This document shows, piece after piece, positions 26,101 through 38,700 of a DNA stretch of 64,000 nt. Within the stretch, counting starts at the first letter, position 1, and each line of letters begins with the position of its first letter. Under the pieces are notes generated by a model that was not told where the DNA came from, ran no database searches, and saw nothing but the letters and a program-made list of their open reading frames with translations. The DNA lies in NCBI GenBank assembly GCA_030248215.1, contig JASANG010000295.1, positions 62,001 to 126,000 of the forward strand, in the 5' to 3' direction. Source of the stretch: Enoplolaimus lenunculus (lineage: Eukaryota). The position numbers and the translations under genes are program-made.

Positions 26101-26344
26101 TGGTCGTTGCTACCTGAAACATTGTACGAACCTAAAGTAATCTAAACTTATTAACATAAGGGCCTGCAGACTATATTATTCTAATCGTAATCGTATAGTT
26201 TTCCAGTCTGTAAGTCCCCCCAGCCTCCCTGTTACCCAGTATGCAGAATATAATTCGTATTACCCTCAACTTTCCCAGAGTTCCATTATTTTCAAGCGTT
26301 GTTATTAGTTGATCCCTTAGTTCGTTGTCTTCAATTGATGACAT
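17127..26344 (-). CDS. FGFR1OP: FGFR1 oncogene partner / centrosomal protein CEP43-like (N-terminal TOF/LisH region, long Ser/Asn-rich tail, acidic C-terminus), ~663 aa, 16 exons
   Basis: Exons (5'->3' on minus): 26344-26264, 25848-25795, 25299-25242, 24518-24430, 23657-23523, 23217-22967, 22489-22264, 21488-21143, 20971-20938, 20470-20319, 19891-19861, 19452-19322, 19060-18962, 18474-18444, 17922-17816, 17293-17127. Spliced N-terminus MSSIEDNELRDQLITTLENNGTLGKLR|SQLRASVFLALEEQ...LIQDFLTCHNLDATQSVFCPE...EPLLLKLV matches the FOP pattern ELRDLLVQTLENSGVL..IKAELRAAVFLALEEQ...PLLLEV. C-terminal EEIIEELEVDDLL is FOP-like. The middle exons rest on splice signals and phase only. Confidence 0.85.
17317..17499 (+). 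mobile_element. GGCC(A/C)ATGT-family MITE carrying TTAGGC-like hexamers
   Basis: TIR GGCCCATGTATAGAACAGGGCCGGA / TCCGGCCTTGTTCTATACATGGGCC (1 mismatch in 25); TSD AATGTTTT/AATTTTTT; internal GCTTAGGCGTAGGCTTAGGCTTAG. Confidence 0.85.
18065..18302. repeat. Dispersed repeat; inverted copy at ~46660-46892
   Basis: GATCAGCTCCACCGGAC.G.GGGTGTT.AAAAGATCC.CATACCG.AATCAC and ATGAATTACCTTTTGA...ACGATTTACAATA are shared in opposite orientation. Confidence 0.7.
18523..18686. mobile_element. PIF/Harbinger-like MITE (GGGTGGCGCT termini); related copy at ~224-371
   Basis: TTA|GGGTGGCGCTAAACTT ... AAGTAGAGCGCCACCC|TTA (3-bp TTA flanks). The copy at 224 starts GGTGGCGCTATACTTGTCG. Confidence 0.7.
21842..22087 (+). 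mobile_element. Same CCCTTT MITE family with a tRNA-like segment (FGFR1OP intron)
   Basis: CCCTTTCACTCATAGAGTA ... AATATTCATGTGAAAAAGGA; internal CTATAGCTCAGTGGTT...GGATCGAATC; shares CCACAAGACGTGAG...CTCGGGCTCGAGCG with 24105-24370. Confidence 0.7.
24105..24370 (-). mobile_element. Same CCCTTT MITE family, reverse orientation
   Basis: TTAA|CCCTTTATCATATGAATATTTT ... CTCTATGTGAGAAGGGG|TTAA; the reverse complement aligns with 21842-22087. Confidence 0.75.
24565..24715. mobile_element. Helitron/Helentron-derived (DINE-1/HINE-like) short element; relatives at ~36400-36535 and ~44420-44550
   Basis: TTATACTCG...GTCCGTCTGTGTCTGTCCG...ATCTCAAG...CTGAACGGATTTTGACGAAC. The reverse complement AAGTT..TCAAAATC.GTTCAGCGG...TTGAGAT plus a terminal CTTCGCTCAA motif recurs at 36421-36530 and 44441-44545. 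Confidence 0.55.
24735..25016. mobile_element. Palindromic MITE (TATTTACACGTG termini); related end at ~57640-57723
   Basis: TATTTACACGTGCAAGTTTTTGCTGTGAGAACTTGCAGCTGCAA is inverted against TTGCAGCTGCAAGTTCTCGCAGCAAAAACTGGCACGTGTAAATA; TTAA flanks. Confidence 0.75.
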
Positions 26345-26917
26345 TGCACTGGTGTACGAATTATACGATAATATAGAATCTGATTTTAACAGTATGACTC
26401 CGGCATTTCGCTTGTTCTTTTCCTCAAACCTGTGCCAAAAGTTAAAACACAATGCGCCAAGCAGATATATTTTCTGAAGCTATGAAAAATTTCACTACCG
26501 AAATTGCCGGAACCTTCGGCAAATATTTTACCGGTGCTGGAGGTCGGTTTCCTGCCGGAGCGGAGGTCAACCTACGGTTATACTCTGCAGGCAGCATTTG
26601 GAACACGCAATCAAATTTAGATTGGTACTTAATGGTTCTCAATAACACCATAGTTACCGAAATGCAGCTTAGCAACAAGATGATAAATCTTGGGAGCTAA
26701 ATTAATTCGAATTTGGCTATTGTTCACTTTCACCCAACAGGCTTTCAGATTTAAGTACATGTTTAGGTTTTGCAATCCTTACATAAACCTATGCCTGACC
26801 ATAAATATTTGCCCAAAACCTGAGTTTAAGTTTAAAGCCTTAGTCTTAAATGTGGGGAAAAGGTATACCGGAACCTCGAATTGTTTATACAACCGTGCAA
26901 ATTACCATAGGGTATGC

Positions 26918-27107
26918 GGCCCAAGTAAAGATCAGGGGCGGAACGTTTTTCTGTGGGACTGCAGTAGAGTAAGCTTTAAGCTTAGGACTAATCTTTTCGC
27001 GTGGCTTAGGCTTAGGAATATACTCATTCTTCGCTTAGGCTTAAGCTTAGGCTTACGCTTAGGAATATGCTTATAATACTGTTCCGCCCCTATTCTTTAC
27101 ATTGGCC
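26918..27107 (+). mobile_element. GGCC(A/C)ATGT-family MITE carrying TTAGGC-like hexamers
   Basis: TIR GGCCCAAGTAAAGATCAGGGGCGGAAC / GTTCCGCCCCTATTCTTTACATTGGCC; TSD GGGTATGC/GGATGTGC; internal GGCTTAGGCTTAGG...GCTTAGGCTTAAGCTTAGGCTTACGCTTAGG. Confidence 0.85.
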
Positions 27108-30100
27108 GGATGTGCCTATACCTATTAAGCGGCTGAAAAAATTATATACCATGCTTGCATTTAGATCGAGTTTTGGATTATTTGTAAACCGCAAAATGTT
27201 AAAAATAGCGTGAAACACACACGCTAAGCTTAATATTGGAAAATCAAAAAATTTAATGCGAACAAAAATGAAGTTGTTATTGAAAATTTGCTGTCGAGTA
27301 AAGTACCTAACTATCCCAGGTTAGCGAAAAATTTACTTTGGCGCACCTGTTTTGAAGGTAAAACACACAATTAGTGAAGGTCAGTAGTTGTTCTGCCCTC
27401 TAATATTATTCAGTCACACACAAGCTTTAACGAAATATACAACAGTTGGCAAATGAATGTATGAAGAGGTCTACGAATGGAACAAATAATTAGGCATATA
27501 TACGTAACAACCGATCAAAAGACTAAAGTATTATCTCATTAACATGATGTGTTTATAGACGATAATAGCTTTAGATTGAATTCGCATATTGTTTGCTGTA
27601 TACAATAAAGGAAAATCAGTCACAATTTTGCCTATGTATTTGCAAATATTCAACGTTTCCAAAGCTCAGTCCAAAAAATACCTCATATAAAAAGTGGAAA
27701 ACCGAAATCTAACTGAGCCTCGTGCTACACTATTCTTTGGCGCGAGTTGCAACGAGCCTAAGCCCTTACACGCAGTTTCATTGATGTTTTATGAAACTTT
27801 TTACAGATTAATTTCATTATCCTTGCGAAGTAAGTCAATTGTATTAATTAGCAGGGTGAAAACGAATAGTAAAAATACAAAAAACGAATATTGAAGTATA
27901 AAAAACCCCACTGTCTCCCTTTTCTGGCAACACAATAGAGACAAGTTTTTAAGATTTTTGATGAATTTCGTATTTTTATTTCATTTCGAACAATTGCAGC
28001 ATATCTGCAGTCAAACATTCCGAAATATATGCATGATTTATGACTAATTTTGAACATAAAAAGAAACAGAAGTTCCTAATTTCTATAACGAAAGCGAACA
28101 CCGATTTTTACCGGAAACGGATATCCGGTTACACCCTGGTTGCAATTGTTCGAAATGAAATACAAATTACGAAATTCATCCAAAATCTTTAAAATTTCAA
28201 TGCATCCCCCATTTTTTGAAATTTTTGAAAGATCGGTATTTTATTATGCAAGCCTCAATTGTGTTGGCAGAAAAATAAAACATTTTTGAAACCTTTTTTA
28301 TAAGTACTTCAGTTTCCATTTCCGTTATTTTAAGCATCCGTTTATACAATACGGCTCACCCTTTGCCTTATGTGCGCCATAAAATACGCATATAAATACA
28401 TATATATTATACTTGTCGACAAGAAATCTATATACCATCCCCGCATAGGATTAACAGGACTTTAACGGATGTTCTCGGTGACTAGTCATAAAACATATAT
28501 ATGCGATCCGCTCAGCAACTATGGGTATACTTTACAAAACGTTTTACTACAACGAAATACAAGTGGTCGTAAAACATCCAAAATTGCATCCAGGAAGTAC
28601 AAAAAGTGTCGTGGATTGACTGATAGATATTTACATATATAAGTACACGACTACAACACGAAACGCATAGTCAAAATAGTTAAAATAAGTCATAAAAAGT
28701 AATAAAATTAATTTATGACAGCTTCCGGAGTTGCATAGAAATGATCGAATATTTCAAAATGAGCTATGATCTTGGAATATTTTAACAATCTGCCTTAACG
28801 TTTGTTTAAATTGCACAAATCTTGGTATCTCACATTTTACTGTGATACAGTTAACACATATTGCAATCTCCACGAAAAAGCTTAAACCAAGAACAAAATG
28901 AGTGTAAATTTAAAAGTTAAATTTTCAATGTGTATGAAAACGTAAGCGTTCTTTGTACGTTTCGCTGCCCGCTGCTACTACATAAATTTTCATAAATGTC
29001 ATTAGGATGGGAATCCTGACATATTGACGAGTTCTACATCTCGGTAATTCATACCAGTAGCACTACTAAACTTTAGTATATGCATATTTTAATTCACTGG
29101 AATGCAAGTTTAAAAGTTTCCTACTTTCTCATCAGGGGCACCGCATAAAATAGTTGTGCAGAGAAAGCAGAAAGTCCACAAGGTGGCCGCTATTCTAATC
29201 CGGCGAGTTCAATAGTATATATTCAAGAGCCACTTAAAAAACTTTTTTCAAACTTTGATTGCATATATACTTCCTTGTCTTAACAGTTTCTATAACTGTG
29301 CTAAATACGTTTAAATCATAATTTACACATAAACGCTATCAAAACCACAAATTTAAAAAAGTTCGCGACTGCGAGTAAGTAAGCAAGCTAAATAAACAGG
29401 TTATGTTAATGTAATGTAATATTTTGTTTCAGACAGATTCTTTTCAACCATTCAACTCGGATCCTCAAGTTACGAAGGAAACTATTCTAACACATACGCT
29501 TATATGCTTAAAACTAAAAGCTAAGCAAAACTCGGTTCATGCCCCTATATGCGAGCTGGATGATACATAGCGCTCGCTGTGCCCAGAGTTTCATGCAAGA
29601 CCCTAACATATGGTGTTCCTCCAGTGCAACATACAGACATCATCGTGCATTTTATCTACACCTGACTAAATTGCATCTACATTAATCTTTTTTCATAAAG
29701 ACTTACTGCATGCTTCTTTAATGATGACCTACATGACTTCCAGCATGCCCTGAAGTTTGCAATGTGAACGGCACTCCAATGTAAATCCCGATAGGAATCC
29801 ATCCCCGCGAAAATTGTGCGTGAGGCGAGGCGGAAAAATCTTACCCCAAATCATTCCTGTAAATTTTAAAATGACTCGAGGCGCCGCACGGTGGCGTTCA
29901 GAGGGTGTGGTTAGTTTAACGTTACACTAATAGCTTTGGCCAAACAAAACTGCAAAGTACACTTAATATATAAGTAGGCTTATTATATTAGGGCTCAACA
30001 TATCGAAAACTAGTGATTCAGTTTTTTCCATGACTTAACTATTAACATAATCAAAATGAATTTGTAAAAGATTCTGCATTTCCTGTTTAGTATCCGGCAA

Positions 30101-30544
30101 AGACCGACAACCGTATCCGGTTAGGGCATAAACCTACCGGAACAACATATTTGCGGTTGAGGTTCCAAATATCATAATGCTGCTTTTTCACGTCGAAATA
30201 CTGGATATTTTGCAGCGACTGCAATTCCAAGCAAGTCCATAGTGGACACCAGACAAGGGATGAAAAATCCGCGTCAACAGTTAATCTTAAATTGATAAAT
30301 ACATATTTTTGCACGACCCAAATACTTTTAACAGTGTACAAATTTAGATCCTATATACGGTTAACATCCGGCTTCGGTTCCGGTGCAAAATTCGCTATCC
30401 GGCTCCGGTATCCGGTAAAATTCACTATCCGGCTCCGGTATCCGGTAAAATTAATATCCGGTCGATCCCTGATTGCTACGAAATTAAAATTTAATTAATT
30501 CATTAAGCGGACTTTAAAGGCAAACTTGTAATGGTAGCAATTGT

Positions 30545-30788
30545 CGGGGGGGAAATTAAAGAAGGAAAATTACACGTTAACTTTACCTCGTGGCTGGTGT
30601 AATCTTTTGAGGTAAATAATGGAAAAACTACAACGGTGTAATTTTCTCCAGGCAAAAATTACATGGGGGGAACAGTTATGCCGTGACTTTACGCAGTAGC
30701 TGGGGAAATTTTTCCGGGGGAAAAATTACACCGGTGTAATTTTTACGGGAGAAAAAATTACAGCGGGAAAATTATGCCGTAGCACCGG
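30545..30788. repeat. Cluster of GGAAAAATTACA / TGTAATTTT short direct and inverted repeats (MITE-end remnant)
   Basis: Includes the palindrome AAAAATTACACCGGTGTAATTTTT at ~30721-30744. Confidence 0.6.
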
Positions 30789-32732
30789 AAATAGCTGGGT
30801 TAATTCATGTTACTTATCATTTCGAACCAAATTCGCAGTAAATATTGAGATTTCGGTGATAATTGATCGGTCGCCTTAGGATCTCGTAGGTCGCTAATTT
30901 GAACTAACCCGTAAACCACATTTCCAGCTGTATAGTAAAAAGGTTGGAAGTTTCCGACCATACCTAGCTTGACTTACAATCCGATTGAACCAACCCGAAC
31001 ATATTTACGTACTAAAGTCTTTTCCGTTTATTTTACGTAATAAATCTCCGTAATAGAAGTTTTAGCATCATACATCATCCTAATCCTACACACGAATCTA
31101 AATAATCGTCCACGAGACCGAAATTGGCCAAAATAACTATTTCTCCTTGATTAACGGGCATTTCATTGTTGATTTTATGTTTACAGAATCCAAAAACTAT
31201 ATACGTATATATAACTAAACGAAATCATGCAACACATTAAACACTGAATACACAGTAAGAAAGGAAACATAAAATAAACAAAAAAAGCACCATTGTGCAT
31301 ATAAAATGTAAACAAACAATATATTACTTTACAAAAACAAACAGTATTTCCGGTGATAAGTTTCTGAGCACATAAACAAACTTCAGTCATAAAACGGTTT
31401 CCTGGATTTGGCCTCGAACCATGGCTAGTGACTAAACATAACTAGCAATGTAGACAACAAGAACAATTCATCAGTGCAAATTAAAGACGAAATTATGCGT
31501 TGAAAAGATAATGCAATCATTATAAAGTTATAATGTTTGCGTTTATGCTTGCACGAAAACAAACAATTCATCCAGAACACAAGCATACATGATAGACCAT
31601 AACAATCTGACATCTTACAAACATATTAGCAGATCAAAACTACTAACGTTTTAACATTAGCATATTAAATTAAGAATACTGGCCAAACCATTAAACAAAA
31701 ACAAAGAATGAATACCTAAAACAAATAAACAATAATTGTATGGTACTGAACTACTGTCAAAAAACCCGGCAGTCACTAGGACAAATAAAATACTAAAATC
31801 ATTTGGGACCCAGCATCCTTAATGAAGCTATACAAACTACTTAAAGCAGCATATAGATACAATTAACTTTTGCTACATTGGCTGGGTTTCTCAAATCACA
31901 CTTAAGTATTTACTTAAGTTATACGTAAATAATTAATTAAGTCGCCGACTTAACTCAATACATTACTTTTCGAGCAAAGCATAATACGCGCGAAATGTGA
32001 GACTTGTCATGACACGAAAGTAATAGTTTTACTATATATTAATGTTGCGCCATGAATATACAATTTCAATTATTCAATTACACTATGCATGAACAGCGAC
32101 TTCAGTATTTACTTAACTTAAGTGCGCTTTTAAAAGCAGTATCGGAAAGTTTTTTCGTGGGTATAAACAACCAAGCTTACCAACTCAAACAGCTAATATA
32201 AATAATCCTTACAACATACTGTCACAACATAATATTAAAGTCGAGCATAAGCTTAAGACATCTAGAAATATGACATACAGGAATGATCATGACACCGTTA
32301 AGCTCAGAAAAGAGTAACTTAAAAAATGTCTTAATTTTTAATATTAAAAGAAACAATCATATATAGATCTTCAACATTACTTACAGTACAAAACTTACAT
32401 GTTGTGCAGAAAGCACACGCACACCGTTAAAAAGAAAACACTTTCAAACCACTAAATTTCGAGCTAGAATGCATTTAAATTATAAATAATTATTTTGAGC
32501 TTTCACACAGTCATGTTTGTTAATACATTCGCTAGCTAATACAACACCGATATTGTACTAGCTTTTAAAATATTCAACCTTAGCTCATTTACAATGCATT
32601 CGAGGTTTCACAATCGAGTGAAATAGTTTTTAAAGGCAATCGTAACTGAATTTATATCTGTTCAGGTCTGTACACCTCAAATTATTTACAACAATTGTTT
32701 CGCAAACCATTCCAAAACAAAATAGCTGCAGC

Positions 32733-35700
32733 TTAGTCGGTGGCTGGCTTCATTAATGTTGTTAACGCAGAAGCCTCCATAGAAGATCCCCCACTTGGTT
32801 CAACAGAACTAGTAGCCAGTGTAGCATTTGACAACGAAGTTTCTTCAAGTAGCTCGTCAGATATTACTGTAACAAAATAAAACGGCACAATATTGTGAAC
32901 CGACTAGACATCTATAAAAATGAGTACGACTTGTACATTTGTATTACACTGTTAATAGAACAAATGTACGCAAGTTAATATTTTTCTAAAACAAGTTAGT
33001 GTGGGAAACATTGCAATCAATTAGACTACTACTATACTACAATCGTTTTCAGCGTATTATTGCGATACCGATTACAGGGTTATGTATATATGTTGTGTTT
33101 CTCCGGAAACCGAACCCGTCGGACGAGTTACTTAAGCCGAACCATTATGCAAATTTTTGGTCGAAACCGTTCGATCAATATTACGAGCTACAAACATCGC
33201 TACAAAATACTCAGTTATTTCATCATTATGTTTACGAAAACACATCAAATTTTTAATTTAACGGCTTGTTAACAAAACTGATCCAATTGCACGAACACTC
33301 ACTTCGAAATAACAATTTTTCAACGACAAAGTTTGCAATATTTATTTATAGCTGCAAAACCCCAAAAATACATTTTCCTGCGTCTTTGAACACAGGAACA
33401 CGAATCGAAACTATAAAATAGTCAAAAACGTACATCGTGGCAATGAATCTTCATGACTCAACGCTGGACGAGACCTTTTGTGTGATGGTGCGTAGAGAGC
33501 AAGCAATAAAACAACATAGATGTTCCACATTCCATAGACACCAGTATGAAACGCACTCGTGTATTGCAACGCCGGTGCATCTTCATAATCACCTGAGTAA
33601 AGTTTTCCTTCGCTGGTCTAAACATCAATAAAACATTAATAACACCAGCTATTCAAACACATGATTAGTTGATGTAACAAAACTCGCAAAATTACCAAGC
33701 ACGAAATGTTACAAAATAGTGTATAAATTAATACCAATCCTTTAATGCTTCATACTCACCGCTCCCGGATCTTTTAAACAATGGTCAAGTTTAACTACCG
33801 AACAGGAAAACGGAAGTCCAACATACTTCGCTCATAATATATCCTGCTATTGTAAGCCCAGCACACACTATTGTAAAGTACATCAAAAATTGAAAGCGAT
33901 AGATGATGCCCTAAAACATTTCAGAAACAAGCCAAATGTAAATCTTCTAACACCACTGGTTAGAAACCTATCTCGTGTTAAAGATATTGTTGAAATAACT
34001 AATTTTAATCATTTTTGTTAAATTTCGTATTCACACTCAGGCTAACCAAATAATTCAACACGTGAGCGGTTCGTTCCCAAAGTGCAAAAAATCAAAATCT
34101 AACAAATTAAAGATCATAATAATTACTACTGTTTAGTCGAACTCATTTTAAACTAATTAGGCTTACCTCATAAGACAACTTTTTATATCGCTGCATAGTC
34201 GCAAGAGAGCCTCTTTTTTGTCGAATTAAAATGAGAACTTTGACCACGAGATACGTGAGATACAAAAAGAATACCACACCACAAATACCCGCTAGTACAA
34301 TAAAGCAATACTGAAACAAAAGTACAAACCTGTAAATTATAATTAACAATAATTATGATTCTCATAGCAACTGCGACTTAACGATAAAGCCCAAATAATG
34401 CAGATGGCAGAAATAATAAACAATAAGATAGCAACATTTATTACATCACTATTTTCGACTTTCGGACCAAATTTTGAAAAAACGAAACAGTTAAGCTGCT
34501 TGACCTGCACTAAAATTAAAATGGCAACACTTGCCTATATCGTCAAAAACATGTAAGGATGAAAGTGAAGTTTTACCGAAAGATTAGTGCCAAGTCTCGT
34601 TGACCAGATACTGTAGCACGGATTAGTCAAATGTACTCCTCTGAAATACATAATAAATTTGTTGTAATTAAAATAAGAAGTTTTTGCGGCTCGAGTATTA
34701 CAACTTAACCGATTATTTGATTATTGGTTAAGTTTAAACCTTGCCAACAGTCAAAAGCCAATATATGTACAGGTTTTACAGTGTCCCGACAGCAAATGGG
34801 GATATGCAGAACTCAAAAGCATAGAGAATAAGCAATGTAACACTACGTAACACACAGTAAGACCAATAGTACGTTAATGAGATTAAACTGCGGTTAATTT
34901 TTGATTTGTATATCGTTGCCTCAGGGGAAACAAATTTAATCCCTTAAAACCAGAAAGCGCATAACGATTCGCACACTGAAACAAATTGGGGTACCATACA
35001 TAAATATGCATTACATACCAAGTAACTGTTTCAATAAACCTAAAGGGCGTGCACCCATACTTGACCACAGACCTTTCGCACAAATCATAAATCAATAATA
35101 ACGTGCATGCGAATATGACAGCGCTCAACCGTTTCCAGTAATGCGATAGCTGATGTTGCTCTTTATCATCCTTAAGCGATAACATAAAACTGCTATAAAT
35201 GCTTATAGAAACAGAAGTTTTTTTACTTGATCCACATTAACTTTTGGCGCTGTGCTTTCGAAAATGCCCAGCGTTGGGATTAACAAGTGATTGATAAAAT
35301 TTCGCACTCGTTAACCCTACCTAACCTAGATCTTCTCTGTTTCCCTTACCGTGACTTGTGTCACCCTATGTACACTTTGTCTTCGCGTACCGCGCTTACA
35401 TGTTGTATATTCAATTTTGTCAGAAACTATAATGTTGTCTTAATCTAAAAACTAATACTACTACACATTATTAAAAAACTCACAATTAAATGCTCGCCAG
35501 TGAATATCAACCAAAACGACGCCAACACAGCATAGAACACACCTTGTCGTATGTCTGAGAACAGCAACAAAAACGGCATTCTGATCCATAACGAAAACCA
35601 TTCAATCGGCACTGAAAACAGAGCAGACGCCACTCAGCAAAAGCAACTAAATAATAAATGTATCGCGATTCTGAAAATTACTGCCAACTTTGGTACTAAA

Positions 35701-38700
35701 ACGGCTAAAACAAAAACCTCGAAAGCTTCGTTCGGTTTTCGCGCAATAAGAGTATACTTTGGCACATATCTTCAATGTTGAAAGAAGTGCTGGTCAAATC
35801 TACAGCTAATACTTAAAAACACACGTCATTTGTTCATTATAACCGAAGCAATGTAGTCATCCGAGACAAACCATGCGGATTCTCTATGCAAACCGCTGAC
35901 CCCTGCTGCTACCACCTGATTAACGGCAATCGCAACATGCAAGAACAAAATCAACCTATTCATGATACACAGTTCTTGATATACACATAATAAATTCTGT
36001 TACTGCTTTCTTATGCACTTCTACCAAAAACATCATCAAAACACTTACAATTTACAAAGCCCATCGTGATTCCAAGAACAAATAATACCCTGAAAAAGCT
36101 TATCAGTTAAGCTAATATACAAATCAGCTAGTAGTTAGCTATTCATTTATCGGCTTTGGAGGTTTGTAAACACTTTTTTCAGATTACGTGCACCCGAAAG
36201 CTCTTTAGTATTGAATTTGTTTGCTTGTAATCCTAAACAATTTATTCTGATTTTTCGTACCTAAAATCCTTTAGTACTGAAATTAGGCTAGTGAAATATA
36301 GTAAAAAGCTCTAATTTAGGCCTAATCAGTTATGCATATTAGCCTGTACCTAATAAACAACATAAAATTTTAAAACCCCGATGCGACATTAACACCCCAG
36401 GATAACAAGCTTTCAAACAAAAAAGTTTATCAAAATCGGTTCAGCGGTTCTTGAGATTCTTTTAGGAAGGATAGCCACCTTCGACCCCTGGGTACAAAAC
36501 ATAACGCTTCGCGCGCTTCGCTCAAAAATAAAAAATAACACATATTCTTGCTCATGTTTCTCAATCAATTTGATATTGAGTTTATAAAAACGCATAACCA
36601 TTTTTTACTGCTACCAAAGCCATTTTAGACTTAGCCAATGGAAAGTTAGTCAAGTTTACTTTTCAAGTAACAAGGGTTCACGAGATAGCAGTTGAATGCG
36701 ACGCCAAAACCAAATTAACGCTGCAATAACACATGGTGCAGCAATTGTTTTGATGACAAGCCAGATAACCGTGAAACCACCGTTTTGGTGTATCATCTAA
36801 AATTTTAAGCAAAAGAACTTAAAATGACATAGAATAAAACCAATTCGAAACACGAATAATAATAGCATAGGGTTACGAACAGCTATGGACTTTGCAATTT
36901 ACTAACTTTAACTAAACAGCGGTGTAACGATAAAAACAGTTGAGTGGTATAGAATATAAGAACTAGATATGTGTCGATTAATCGGCATCAGCATCGGCAA
37001 TAATCTGCACTTTTCGTCAGTATCGGCATCGGCACTGCAAAAAATTCCGATTCTTTCCCGATACTTTTTCACATATCAGTCGGAATGCTGCCAATTTCAT
37101 TTCTGGGCGAATATCGGTGTGTCTGTTCCAGGGCCGGATTAAGGTGGTGGGAGGCCCGGGGCCCATATGACCAGAAGGTCTGGGGCCCGTATGACTAGGA
37201 GGCCCGGGGCCCATCCGACTAGCATGCCCTTTTTAACAATAATTATTTTATGCATCAGAGATTAAAGTGATACATTTTAATGAAACAAATTGTATCTAAA
37301 GTACGAAACAAAATTTCGGCTCGGCGACCGTTTTAGATTTACACTTTAGAGAAGTCACTTACGATTTCACGGTAGTCTAGACATTTTCTGAAATCCGAAA
37401 ATGGACGGTGCGGGACCCCGTTTTTTTCTTTTTCTTACTTTTTCGACCACGCTATTTTTCAAAAATATCTTTGAACACACTCTTAAGGTGGCATCGAATC
37501 CACGATTCTACCGAATCCGACCCCGAATCCGAATCCATTGCTAATTTGTAGAATCTGAATCCAAATCTTGCATGTTGCGAATTTCAAATATATCTATAAT
37601 TTGTTTCAGAATATCAACGTAATGCCAGCAGCATAACTTTAAACGTTGGTATTAATATTGCGAGCTCGACCTCAGTCCTGAGATTTGTAACCTGTAATAA
37701 AAATATTGATTTATATAACAATTTACTTGAATTTTATTGTTTAAAAAGGAAAAACATATTGCCAAACACTGTAGGATTTGGTTTTTCATTCGGTTTTCTC
37801 AGAACCGAAACCGGATCCGAATCCGAACCTTTGTTACCACCCTGGTGTGAGTTTTTACCCTACTTCGGTGGCCAGAGGTTTTATCTAGGAGCAGGAATGC
37901 GCGAGGATATGAGTTTTCCAGCTATGTTATGCACCGGCCATTGCCAATAACCAACCGGCCAGCCACTGACCATAATAGAAAAAGTTAAAAAAATTTGACA
38001 TCATCAATTTAATATTTTAAATCTTATTTAGCTTTCAATTCTAAAACTTTTAGCTGAAAATGTTGCCTACTGTTATCTTTGTGTGGCGGACAAGGATTGC
38101 CAATGCAAAAGCACTCTTGGTCGAAAAGCGAAGTTCCGGTCCTAATTATAGGTAATCTAACTACACAACTTTTCATCGTAATACCATAAGTTTGGGATCA
38201 CAAATGATATATGATATAGGCTTAGCTGCCCAGACCCAACCTTGTAGAAACCAGAAAATTAGATAAAGCTGAAGAACTTTCTCTACATTTGGAAAATTAT
38301 TTTGTACATCTTCATATAACCCTGCCGAACAACGCAATCAGTACTTCCCAAAAATCGCGTGGCGGTACAACCAGCGTTAGAGTAAGAATAGTTGGCCGCC
38401 CCCAAACAGGTCCGAGAGGGCTATTCAATGGAATGTTTCACAGCTTGTATAACTTCGTGGTCCAGGAAATATTTTTGTTGGCTTGTTCGGTTGGTGGGAA
38501 ACCCGTGGGCCCGGGCCACCCGCCCCCTTTAATCCGGCACTGGTCTGTTCAGAAAAACATGTTATCCCTCATGCGTTAGTGTTCGAAAAAATTAATTGAA
38601 ATGAACCGTTCTCATAAAATTATAATCGTTTATGGTGGTTGGGGTTTAAGTCTTTGAATACTGATTAATGTAGTATTCGATCTGCAAGGGTGTAACTGGA

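Noticed and set aside
29540..29900. Possible small exons between FGFR1OP and Wntless
   Set aside because: Isolated splice-like signals with no consistent multi-exon frame and no recognisable protein motif.
26344..32733. Nematode-type operon of Wntless and FGFR1OP (same strand)
   Set aside because: The 6.4-kb repeat-filled gap is far longer than typical intercistronic spacing, and there is no evidence of SL2-type processing in the sequence.
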